Shown one piece after another: positions 1 through 8,338 of a stretch of 64,000 nt of DNA. The notes under the pieces are model-generated. The model ran no database searches, was not told the DNA's origin, and saw only the letters and a program-made list of their open reading frames with translations. The stretch lies in assembly GCA_044226015.1 (NCBI GenBank), contig JBGAHS010000006.1, forward strand, positions 160,001-224,000, read 5' to 3'. Within the stretch, counting starts at the first letter, position 1; every line of letters starts with the position of its first letter. This DNA comes from Candidatus Obscuribacteraceae bacterium. GTDB taxonomy: Bacteria > Cyanobacteriota > Vampirovibrionia > Obscuribacterales > Obscuribacteraceae. The position numbers and the translations under genes were made by a program.

Positions 1-159
1 GTATGCTGATGAGCGGCTGAGTTCATGCCTGCGAAATTCCACAGTCGACTTAATCAGCTCAAAAGACGCATGTTGATTCCTCAGCAGTGCTTTGCGAACC
101 GGGTCTTTCGCAGCATCTACACCGGCGGATTGTGTATTTGGCGTAAGCTGACGGCGCAT
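1..159 (-). CDS. 5' part of a hypothetical protein running off the window edge
   Basis: ATG at 159 preceded by GGAG; the frame MRRQLTPNTQSAGVDAAKDPVRKALL... stays open to position 1. Confidence 0.5.
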   Translation of the reverse strand, partial: MRRQLTPNTQSAGVDAAKDPVRKALLRNQHASFELIKSTVEFRRHELSRSSAY

Positions 160-335
160 GGACACTCCAACGATTCTATACAGCAGAGTATTTCCTAATA
201 CTCTTCGCATATCTTGTCGGCAGGCATTTCTTATTCAATAGATATAAATGCTACTGCTCAGAATTGGCTATACAAGCCAGTTTTGACCGACTGAATGATT
301 ATGAATCGAAAGCGAGTTCTTGTCCACTGAGATAA

Positions 336-377
336 ACAAAACAAAAACACCATCCGAACTAAATCGCGATGGTGTTT
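336..377 (-). terminator. Intrinsic terminator-like hairpin
   Basis: AAACACCATC-N13-GATGGTGTTT inverted repeat followed on the minus strand by TTGTTTTGTTT. Confidence 0.6.
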
Positions 378-839
378 AAGCTATTGCTTGGCTGCCTCTT
401 GCTGGAGGCTCAATATTTCTCTACGCTTCAGCCAATCCTTCACGTAAAGCGGGCTCTGCTGCTGATGTTTCCGGAATGCGCATCCCTGAAGTTTCTACAT
501 CGCCCCTCGGCTCAAAGTGGTTGCTTGTTTCAACCGCTCACCGAATATGCATACTAATATAGCAGTGCTTCTGAGAATGGGGAACTACCCCAGATTGTTT
601 CTGCAGAACATAAATTTGCGTCATAGAATTGGCTTGCTTGCGGGAAAAAATATGAGATTCAATTTGTCAGGCGCTCGTTCTGCGCCACCACATTTGGTGG
701 AGCAAGGAAAGCTCACTTCTATATACGTTGAATGTCGAATAGACAGCATGCATCCATATAAGTGGTATCGTGTGTATATTTTACTTACTAGGTATCGGAG
801 GAAACTAACTAGCTTTAATAATCTAAGCGCTGATTTTCC

Positions 840-2705
840 TCAGTGATTCACTCGGTTGAAGGTTCTTTGGAACTCCTCAAATGACATAGTAAACGTTCCA
901 TCATCCACCCCATCTCTTGGGTGACCTAAACCACCTGGTTCGCCTGCTCCCCATGGATTGCGTAGTGTCACTCGATGGGTAACGGGGTCATATCCCACAA
1001 CTGAATAGGCATGACCTCTCTCCAGTCCAGTCTCGGAATCAATTCCATTCCCGTTCATGAGAACCGTGGTAGGTGTTCTGTCTGAGTTCGCCAGAATTCC
1101 TTGCAATCTCTCGTCGGACATCCAAATGATATCTTCGTCATGAGCTGGTCGTCCTGTCAGAAGTTCCATGGTTCGCGACGCACTTTCTCTTGAATCACCT
1201 GCATGAGACGCGACGTCGCCAGGAACTCTATTTCCATTGCGATTCTCATGAACGCCATAAGCTCTTTCTATGATGGCCGGCCAGATTCCATATTCTGAGC
1301 CGCCACCGAAGCTAGCCAATTCTGAATCGGTTGGTCTATCGACAGTTACAGGATGCTGTGGATCTCCAGGAAAAGTTACTGTGTAGGTTCCGTTTCCATT
1401 GTCATGAATCATGTCCCGAATTGCTTGCGGGTTTGTGTGGGCCAGAGAAGCTAAATCAGCTTGTAGAACACAATCTCCCTCGGACCCCTGCCTGCAAGCT
1501 TCAGGTCTTATGCTCTCCAAAGGGTTGGCATGATTTGCAAAGACATCATGGTTGGTGCGACGGAGTCGTTCTCCACTCTGGTGAAATTCGTTATCGACAA
1601 TCGATGCAGCCCTGGCATCTCTTGTCTCCCGCACATTATCTACATATGCCTGTATGTCGTCCCTGGACATACCGGAATTTTGCCTTCCAAACTCGTCATA
1701 ACGTGAATATGCAATCTCGTCAGATCTGGTTCTCATGGTACGAAGAGTAGCCCTATCCTGTGGAGACACCGATGAGTTGTTGAGTTCGTCATCAATTTCA
1801 TGGTTACTCAGAAAGCCATTATGGTCTCTGTCCAGTCTTTCAAAATTTGCATTTGTATATGTCTCGATTGCATTTGCTTCATTCAGTGCGCTGCGACCAC
1901 GTCTTTGTCTCGCGTCATATTCGGCGATATCGTTTCCAGTGATGCCTTGCGATTCTTCTGCAGCAGCATCTGAGTACATTCCTGCAAACTGAGGATAGCC
2001 ATTTCGTAGTAACGAGACAAATTGTGCATCTTCTCCTTGAATGGCTGGATTGAGCATCGCTTGGTCCAGCTCAGCCTGACTGAGCGCACCATCATGGTTC
2101 AGGTCGATGCGTTCCCTGTTTCTTTCGTAAAGCCTGCCCAAGTCACCTGAATGCAAGTCAGGATTCGCAGGTGCAGACGGTCCCACATTGTTGCGCTCAG
2201 GGCTTCGATGGGCAGTAGCATCCATGCCACCAGTCTGATTCTGGTTGGAGCCGCCGTCCATGCCACCAGTCGAATTCTGGTTGAAGCCACCATCCATACT
2301 ACCAGTCGGATTCTGGTTGGAGCCGCCATCCATGCCACCAGTCGGATTCTGGTTGGAGCCGCCGTCCATGCCACCAGTCGGATTCTGGTTGGAGCCGCCG
2401 TCCATGCCACCAGTCGAATTCTGGTTGGAGCCACCATCCATACCACCATCAGAATACTGTTTACTCTGTGAATTAGCTTGGGACAAAATGCTCAGTAAAT
2501 CGTCTGGCATTTGCGGTAGAAATTGATTTGCCCCTAAGTCCATTTGCTTTCGGTCGAGTGCGAAGACCTGCCTTGTTTGATCCAGATCTGAACAGATGTC
2601 CTTTATATGAGGGGTCCTGATTGACTTGTCTAACTTCTCTATTTGCCTATTTGAATCATCTGATCTGTTTGATTCCTCGTTCATTTCTTCAAACTCCCTT
2701 GCCAT
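840..2705 (-). CDS. Calpain-like C2 cysteine peptidase with EF-hands and N-terminal 12-aa repeats
   Basis: QGSEGDC, GHAYSV and LRNPWG catalytic motifs; EF-hand loops DLNHDGALSQAE and DRDHNGFLSNHE; no signal peptide. Confidence 0.9.
   Translation of the reverse strand: MAREFEEMNEESNRSDDSNRQIEKLDKSIRTPHIKDICSDLDQTRQVFALDRKQMDLGANQFLPQMPDDLLSILSQANSQSKQYSDGGMDGGSNQNSTGGMDGGSNQNPTGGMDGGSNQNPTGGMDGGSNQNPTGSMDGGFNQNSTGGMDGGSNQNQTGGMDATAHRSPERNNVGPSAPANPDLHSGDLGRLYERNRERIDLNHDGALSQAELDQAMLNPAIQGEDAQFVSLLRNGYPQFAGMYSDAAAEESQGITGNDIAEYDARQRRGRSALNEANAIETYTNANFERLDRDHNGFLSNHEIDDELNNSSVSPQDRATLRTMRTRSDEIAYSRYDEFGRQNSGMSRDDIQAYVDNVRETRDARAASIVDNEFHQSGERLRRTNHDVFANHANPLESIRPEACRQGSEGDCVLQADLASLAHTNPQAIRDMIHDNGNGTYTVTFPGDPQHPVTVDRPTDSELASFGGGSEYGIWPAIIERAYGVHENRNGNRVPGDVASHAGDSRESASRTMELLTGRPAHDEDIIWMSDERLQGILANSDRTPTTVLMNGNGIDSETGLERGHAYSVVGYDPVTHRVTLRNPWGAGEPGGLGHPRDGVDDGTFTMSFEEFQRTFNRVNH
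2221..2448 (-). repeat. In-frame 36-nt tandem repeat, 6 units plus a partial (GGMDGGSNQNPT)
   Basis: Units start at 2221, 2257, 2293, 2329, 2365, 2401 and 2437; consensus tccatgccaccagtcggattctggttggagccgccg. Confidence 0.97.
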
Positions 2706-2815
2706 TCGCCTTTTAAAGCTACTGACATCCAGTTCGAATTAGGAGCATTTTGTCGACAGCATCAGAACAGCTTGAAGCGCAAGCCTTTTAGGTCTACGGA
2801 GAAGAATATTTCGAT

Positions 2816-2870
2816 GGGGACAATTTGGGGACAAACTCAGGACAAAGCAGGACCAATTCAACTCTATTCT
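2816..2870 (+). promoter_or_regulatory. Four phased GGACAA direct repeats upstream of a TATTCT -10-like hexamer
   Basis: GGACAA at 2818, 2829, 2840 and GGACCA at 2850 (spacing 11/11/10); TATTCT at 2865; lies between divergent genes. Confidence 0.55.
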
Positions 2871-2906
2871 TGTTCTCATAGACAACGTTAAGTGAGGTTT
2901 TTGATT

Positions 2907-3482
2907 ATGTCGTTCCTAGATGATATTGGTGATGCAGTTAAAGATGTAGCAGGCACAATCGGCGATGGCGCTGGCGCGGTGACTGAAGCATTCTCAACGG
3001 TTCTTTCACCTGTTGAAGAATTCTCCATGAAAGGCTTAGGAGCTGCAGCATCGACCGTGACCGAACTTTTCGGAGATATCGAAATAATGGATGTCTGCAA
3101 GGGAATGGCTAGCGTGGCCAATGTGACATTGATTCCATTGCTGACAATGGAAGGTGCTGTGGCTCGGGAAGCTGCCTCAAATGTTTTGGATGGTAACCCG
3201 ATGGTAAACGCACTTGGTGGCAGCTTGAGAGACCACGATAGCTTGATCGGCGGATTTGCAGATCACTTCGACCTGAGTGCCGGTGACGAAGGTTCAGCAA
3301 AAGAATTCGACGAGGGCTTGGCTGAAATTGCTACGGCCAATCAGCCGAAAGCTGAAAACCGTCAGGAGCAAGTTGCACATCAACAAGATGGGGAATTCGA
3401 TAAGTCTGCTCTTGAAAAAATGGGAATCACATTTGGCAAAAAGAACGGCCGTGTATCTAAGGCGGCAAGCCGCTTCATTTAG
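2907..3482 (+). CDS. Hypothetical acidic Ala/Gly-rich protein
   Basis: ATG 2907 with GAGG RBS; 191 aa open frame; an adjacent degraded paralog supports coding status. Confidence 0.8.
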   Translation: MSFLDDIGDAVKDVAGTIGDGAGAVTEAFSTVLSPVEEFSMKGLGAAASTVTELFGDIEIMDVCKGMASVANVTLIPLLTMEGAVAREAASNVLDGNPMVNALGGSLRDHDSLIGGFADHFDLSAGDEGSAKEFDEGLAEIATANQPKAENRQEQVAHQQDGEFDKSALEKMGITFGKKNGRVSKAASRFI

Positions 3483-3524
3483 TTAGAGATCTGGAATGCT
3501 TGAGTCTTTTGTAGAGGTTTAGTC

Positions 3525-3711
3525 ATGTGGATTTTTGATAGCTCCGATGCAGTTAAGGAAACAAGAAGTGCAACTGGCGCAGGAATTGTAGACGAAGCAT
3601 TCTCCAATGTTCTTTCCCAAGCAGAGGAATTCTCGATGAAGGGTTTGGGCAGCAGGTTTGGCTGTCGATGAAGTATTCGGCAGCGTTGAAATAGATGACA
3701 TTTGCTGCTAG
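3525..3711 (+). pseudogene. Truncated, frameshifted tandem copy of the 5' part of the 2907-3482 gene
   Basis: DAVK...EAFSNVLSQAEEFSMKGL, then in a shifted frame AAGLAVDEVFGSVEIDDIC, aligns with DAVK...EAFSTVLSPVEEFSMKGLGAAASTVTELFGDIEIMDVC; same GAGGTTT RBS context. Confidence 0.8.
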
Positions 3712-4344
3712 CTATTTATACCAACGTTTGCGAGCGGTTTCGTAATCGTCAGGCAGCATCGAAAACTGAAGAGTATCCTGCAGGTGTCCGGTCGCATCAC
3801 GACGTTCATTCCGCAATACGCCCTCCCGATTAAACCCGAGCCGATGTGCTACCTGTGCACTTCTGGCATTTATAGAATCGCATTCAATGTGCACTCTCTG
3901 TGCACCCAAAGATTCAAACGCAACTCTACAAACCAGTTTCGCTGCATGAGACATGTAGCCGTTGCCCTGTGCACTTGCGCGCAGCCAGTAGCCAACACCA
4001 AAAGATGGCGTGTGCCAATCAATATTTTCGAGTTGTATGTGACCTAAAAATCTCTGGGTAGCATGCTCTTGAATGCACCATGCCAAGCGCGTTCTAAGCT
4101 GCCAATCTGCTTGCCATTTGCGTACCGCTAGTTCGCAATCAGCAGAAGTCTCCATGCGAGCTAACCAATCTTGCCATCGAGCAAGATGTTGCCGTGACTC
4201 CTGGACAGCCTCGTAGACAAGAGCCCCATCACCATTCTTATAGCGACGTAGAACCACCTTGTCTCCAGCAATTTCAGGAGACACATGCAAAAGCATGGGG
4301 TTTACAATACCGGGTCCGGTTCTCTGGGTTTCGGTGTGATGCAT
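3712..4344 (-). CDS. GNAT N-acetyltransferase, RimJ/RimL type
   Basis: VGYWL-x4-QGNGY, N-x-RS-x2-VA-x-RLGF-x-REG motifs. Confidence 0.9.
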   Translation of the reverse strand: MHHTETQRTGPGIVNPMLLHVSPEIAGDKVVLRRYKNGDGALVYEAVQESRQHLARWQDWLARMETSADCELAVRKWQADWQLRTRLAWCIQEHATQRFLGHIQLENIDWHTPSFGVGYWLRASAQGNGYMSHAAKLVCRVAFESLGAQRVHIECDSINARSAQVAHRLGFNREGVLRNERRDATGHLQDTLQFSMLPDDYETARKRWYK

Positions 4345-4419
4345 AACGAAATTATTTCAGCTTGAATTGCATAGATCTACTGCTAAGTTTAGACACTTAA
4401 TTACTCAGTGAAAGACCGT

Positions 4420-5628
4420 CTAGTACTCATAACCGCCGAAGTACTTTGACATATGAACTCCATGCCACGCTTTGACAGGGTCCTTATACGCTTTCCATTC
4501 GGCAACAAGGTCTGCACTGATATGAAGATATTGGTAGAACTGATTTATTGCCTTAATAGCCTTATCTTTGGCGTGGTTTTCGGCGTATGCATTCAACTCT
4601 TTGAAACGAGGAACACAGTCATCAACATTTCTGTGAAGGTTATCTCGTTTATAAATAATCACTCGACTAATTAGCGAGCGCTCGTTCTCGAAATCGCCGG
4701 GAGATGCGGCAAGGTCACCGTAATGCGCTTTGCCCATTGTGTATAGTATTTGTTTTTGATCTAAAGCACTGCCTCCACCCAGCACTAATTCCATCATCTG
4801 CTTCATTTTTAGTGCTCTTGGGTCGGTGTCAGCAGGCGATGTGTCTGTGCTAGTGTTTACTGAACTAGAGCTGGGCGCGCTAGAAGTAGAGGTCTGGTGA
4901 GCTAGCGGCACACGTTTTGAACGATTTGCAATTGCTTTCAGTTGATCTGAAACGCTCAAGTTTAGCCTGTCCAGGAGGTCTCTCGTTCCTTCTTTGTCAT
5001 TTTTCTTGGCTAAGTCTTCCAGTCGAGCAAATTCGCTCTTGTATGCCGTGATATTGACCTTCTGCAATTCGAGCGAGTGAATTTCGTTTTGTAAGGCAGC
5101 ACGCTCAGCTTGTAGTGGTCCCTCTAGCACAGAAGATACAGCAGGATCACTGCCACCATTAGTAGTACCAGCAGCGAATGGTGCAGGTGGTTTAGGCTCT
5201 TCCCCGCGTAACATATCAAGCTCTTTGAAAAGTTGCTCTTGAGTGATGGTTCCGCTAGAAAAGCTCTGAAGAACACTGAATCCAACAGCTATCTCTGTAT
5301 ACTTCGTGAAATCGGAAAGGTCGACAAATCTCACTCTTACTTTGCTTGCCTGAGGGAAAGCAGAAATAACAATCTTGCTTATCAAGACGGCATCAATTTT
5401 GCAGTCCTGCTCTGGATTCAAAGACGCTTTAGGATAGAACTTATAAACGATGACCTGGTCGCCATTAAGCACTGTTGCAAGCTTTTCACTAGCAGGCAAA
5501 ATTTTTGCTTCGCGCAGTTTGCTCTCAATCTCACGCGGACCTACGCTGCCCTCGGAAATCTGAGGAAAGGCTAGCAAGCAAACTAGCAGTGTCAAAGTAG
5601 CGACTTTGATTTGGTCTCGAACAGCCAC
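4420..5628 (-). CDS. Exported hypothetical protein with N-terminal 'DCKIDA' domain
   Basis: GTG with GAGGAG RBS; signal peptide; N-domain similar to that of the 30873-32009 protein. Confidence 0.8.
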   Translation of the reverse strand: MAVRDQIKVATLTLLVCLLAFPQISEGSVGPREIESKLREAKILPASEKLATVLNGDQVIVYKFYPKASLNPEQDCKIDAVLISKIVISAFPQASKVRVRFVDLSDFTKYTEIAVGFSVLQSFSSGTITQEQLFKELDMLRGEEPKPPAPFAAGTTNGGSDPAVSSVLEGPLQAERAALQNEIHSLELQKVNITAYKSEFARLEDLAKKNDKEGTRDLLDRLNLSVSDQLKAIANRSKRVPLAHQTSTSSAPSSSSVNTSTDTSPADTDPRALKMKQMMELVLGGGSALDQKQILYTMGKAHYGDLAASPGDFENERSLISRVIIYKRDNLHRNVDDCVPRFKELNAYAENHAKDKAIKAINQFYQYLHISADLVAEWKAYKDPVKAWHGVHMSKYFGGYEY

Positions 5629-5778
5629 TGAACTTACTCCTCAACTATTTCCATGATAAGGCATGCTATTGCCAGCTGCCAACCACCCGATGCCCGAAAT
5701 CTGTTCTTTTGCATACAATGTAAGGCTCAGCCATTTTACCGAGATGGGCTCGATGAATCCAAGTTCAAAAAAGCAAAC

Positions 5779-5811
5779 AAAAGAGGAACGCCTTTCGACG
5801 TTCCTCTTTTT
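5779..5811. terminator. Intrinsic terminator closing the four-paralog operon
   Basis: AAAAGAGGAACG-N8-CGTTCCTCTTTT with U-tracts on both strands. Confidence 0.85.
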
Positions 5812-5835
5812 AGTAACCAAGCTTATCGCAGGATT

Positions 5836-6294
5836 TTAGTAGTTGCCATCATAAGGAACAACATACTGACGACCCTGGAATAGGGAGCAGTGGCTTCCGC
5901 TGTGTGGGCTGTCATAGCCAACAAAACCGTGCCAAGCGCCATATCCGAAGCCGTGCAACACGCCGTAGGCAGCTCCGCCGACTAGTCCAACTGGACCGCC
6001 AACTAGACCACCTGCAACCTTGTCATAAGGTCCATCTTCGTTACCAAGGTTGCGAGCAACCATTTTGGTACCGCCGATAGCGCCTTTAACTCCATCTTGG
6101 AATGCTCCTGTTGGAACGTCCCAGATGATGCCGGTCAACATACTAATTACGCGAACTGGAAAATAGTAGGCTTCGTACTGAACGCGCCAATCTTGTGGAC
6201 GCTCAGGATAAGCCAACGCGGCTGTAGGCAGAATGGCTGCTGCAGCGGCTAGAACCGAACTAATTACTCTCTTTTTCAGCATACTCCTCACCAA
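5836..6294 (-). CDS. Small exported glycine-zipper protein, paralog 4 (start may be ATG 6282)
   Basis: Signal peptide ending ALA; PVR...VPTGA...LGNEDG...GGAAYGVLHG...HG. Confidence 0.85.
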   Translation of the reverse strand: MVRSMLKKRVISSVLAAAAAILPTAALAYPERPQDWRVQYEAYYFPVRVISMLTGIIWDVPTGAFQDGVKGAIGGTKMVARNLGNEDGPYDKVAGGLVGGPVGLVGGAAYGVLHGFGYGAWHGFVGYDSPHSGSHCSLFQGRQYVVPYDGNY

Positions 6295-6338
6295 CTTTCT
6301 AGGGGGTTAAGACAAACTTGACTTATGTCCAGCAGTCT

Positions 6339-6743
6339 TTACTTCTCTTCCATCGTGATGTAGGACCAGCGGCTGAACGGCTTGCTCCAACCAGTCTTGA
6401 AGCCGTGAATCGCTCCATCGAGAACACCATATCCACCGCCGAGCACAAGCCCGACAGACCCACCGGTTGGGACACCTGCTGCGATCTGTCCTGCGCCTTT
6501 TTCATCGCCGAACTTTCCTGCAACATGCTTTGTTCCTTTGAGGAACCAGTGGTAACCATCGTCTACGGGACCACAAAATGCCCCGTTCACTACAGCACCG
6601 CTAACTCCGCCAACCAGTCTGATAGGTGCTTTAACACACCAGTTGATTGGTTTCGCCTCGTAATCGAGGGCAAGCGCTGGAGCGACGGACGATGCAAGCG
6701 CCAAAGTTACTAAAACTTTTTGCATAACCGTCAATTTACTCAT
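6339..6743 (-). CDS. Small exported glycine-zipper protein, paralog 3
   Basis: Signal peptide ending ALA; PIR...KFGDEKG...YGVLDGAIHGFKTGWSKPFS. Confidence 0.88.
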   Translation of the reverse strand: MSKLTVMQKVLVTLALASSVAPALALDYEAKPINWCVKAPIRLVGGVSGAVVNGAFCGPVDDGYHWFLKGTKHVAGKFGDEKGAGQIAAGVPTGGSVGLVLGGGYGVLDGAIHGFKTGWSKPFSRWSYITMEEK

Positions 6744-6798
6744 TTACCTCACCGTTCTTTCTATTAGAGTGCAGGCGAGCCTGCAGGACCAGGTACCG

Positions 6799-7185
6799 TT
6801 ACTTGTCCTCTCCCATTCCTACGAGGAAGGATTCTGTGCTGAAAGGTTTTTCCCAGCCAGTTCCCATCCCATGCTTAGCGCCACGAAGTGCGCCAGCTGG
6901 AACTCCCCAAACCATACCAACCGGCACTCCGATGAGTGTGGCAGCTACGTTTTGTTGGAATCCCTTTTCGTCGCCGAACTTCTCTGCAAGAGTACGTTCG
7001 GTTTTCTTCGGGCTTCTCCACAGTGAGTCGACGACGATACCGGTTGGTACGTCAACGATTACTGCTGCTGTTGAGCCAAAGAAGCTCGCGATTTTGCCAA
7101 GTCCATTATCATCAGCGAACGACGGAGCGCTCACACCGATTGATAGTGCACTTGCCATTGTCAATACTAAACCTAATTTGCGCAT
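6799..7185 (-). CDS. Small exported glycine-zipper protein, paralog 2
   Basis: Signal peptide ending APSFA; DVPTG...KFGDEKG...HGMGTGWEKPFS. Confidence 0.88.
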   Translation of the reverse strand: MRKLGLVLTMASALSIGVSAPSFADDNGLGKIASFFGSTAAVIVDVPTGIVVDSLWRSPKKTERTLAEKFGDEKGFQQNVAATLIGVPVGMVWGVPAGALRGAKHGMGTGWEKPFSTESFLVGMGEDK

Positions 7186-7204
7186 TTGCTCTTACCACCT
7201 TGGA

Positions 7205-7232
7205 ACCGAGGATGGGAATAACCATCCTCGGT
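7205..7232. other. Perfect 11-bp intergenic hairpin between paralogs 1 and 2
   Basis: ACCGAGGATGG-N6-CCATCCTCGGT with no U-tract. Confidence 0.7.
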
Positions 7233-7266
7233 CGAGTTAACTACAATCCTTGTGGGACCATCCCAA

Positions 7267-7656
7267 TTACTCTTCCTTGAATGTGAAAGAGTCTTTAGAG
7301 AACGGTTTTTCGTAGCCGGTCTTCACACCATGCCATCCACCGTCAAACAAGCCATAAGCAGCACCGCCAGCGATACCAAATGGAGCTGCGAGAATTGCAC
7401 CGCCCCAAGTTTGATAAGTACCGTCTTCGTCGCCGAGCTTACCAGCCATCCATTTTGTTGACATCATTGCGCCCTTGACACCATCTCTCACAGCGCCTTC
7501 CGGTACTCCGATTACAGCGCCAACGCCGGAACCGACAACTCGTACTGGGAAGAAGCAAATTGATTGAAAGGTATCATCCGAAGCGAATGAAGGAGCAACC
7601 GTGGCGCCGACAATTGTCGAGGCTAGTAAAAAAGAGGTCGCTAATTTCCTTACCAT
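7267..7656 (-). CDS. Small exported glycine-zipper protein, paralog 1
   Basis: ATG 7656 with GGAG RBS; signal peptide ending APSFA; PVR...VPEGA...KLGDEDG...HGVKTGYEKPFS. Confidence 0.88.
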   Translation of the reverse strand: MVRKLATSFLLASTIVGATVAPSFASDDTFQSICFFPVRVVGSGVGAVIGVPEGAVRDGVKGAMMSTKWMAGKLGDEDGTYQTWGGAILAAPFGIAGGAAYGLFDGGWHGVKTGYEKPFSKDSFTFKEE

Positions 7657-8338
7657 GAAAATCTCCATCTCTTAGCAATCTTCAGAACAATCCTGGACCA
7701 CCCCGGCCTCAAGACAGCACCATTGTACCTATTTTCTGCATTTGGTCCATATTTTGTTTTCAATCTAAGATCAAGCAAAGAGGTGCTTTTTCTACGCCTG
7801 CTAAGCCTTTTCACCATTTAAACAAGAAAGAAAAAGATTTTCTGTTTTCGCAACTTTTCGATCGAAATTGCGTCGGAGATATCTCATTTATATTGAATGT
7901 CACTTGTCATGTGAATGACAGCCTATATGTCAATATACTGGAAACTGTCATCTTGTGAGCATTATCAGACTGCTTTAGGCTAAGAAGGAGTAAATTTCCT
8001 GGTATCAAAGGCAGTGCCATTCCATTTGGAACAGAAGCAGAACTGTTGCCGGATCTGACACCAAATATGGTTTTATTCAAAAAACAACTATATAAGAAGA
8101 GTCTTGAGGGAAAGCGCGTCCTAGATCGCACTGGAAGAATCTCTTCCTATTTATATGAATAAGCATAAGCCAAATTTCGGAGCTTGACTCTTATCCTGGG
8201 GCTGCCGTAAGCGTACTAATCGTACTAAGCCTGCTGACCGCAAGCAAAGCCAAATAGCTCAGCTTGCAAAAGGTACCTAAAGTAAAAACAGACTCGTTCT
8301 ATCTAATGAACCGTGCCACCGCACAAGCCACCACTGCA

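Noticed and set aside
369..846. ORFs 369-557 and 517-846
   Set aside because: No RBS or motifs; they overlap terminator and promoter-like elements
2221..2448. 36-nt repeats as a CRISPR array
   Set aside because: Units are contiguous with no unique spacers, are in frame within a protein, and no cas genes are present
2099..2526. Alternative-frame ORFs 2099-2449, 2151-2471 and 2245-2526
   Set aside because: Stop-free shadows of the in-frame repeat in the calpain gene
6318..7461. Plus-strand ORFs opposite the four paralogs as antitoxin or immunity genes
   Set aside because: Fully antisense to Gly-rich genes, not similar to each other, and lacking RBSs
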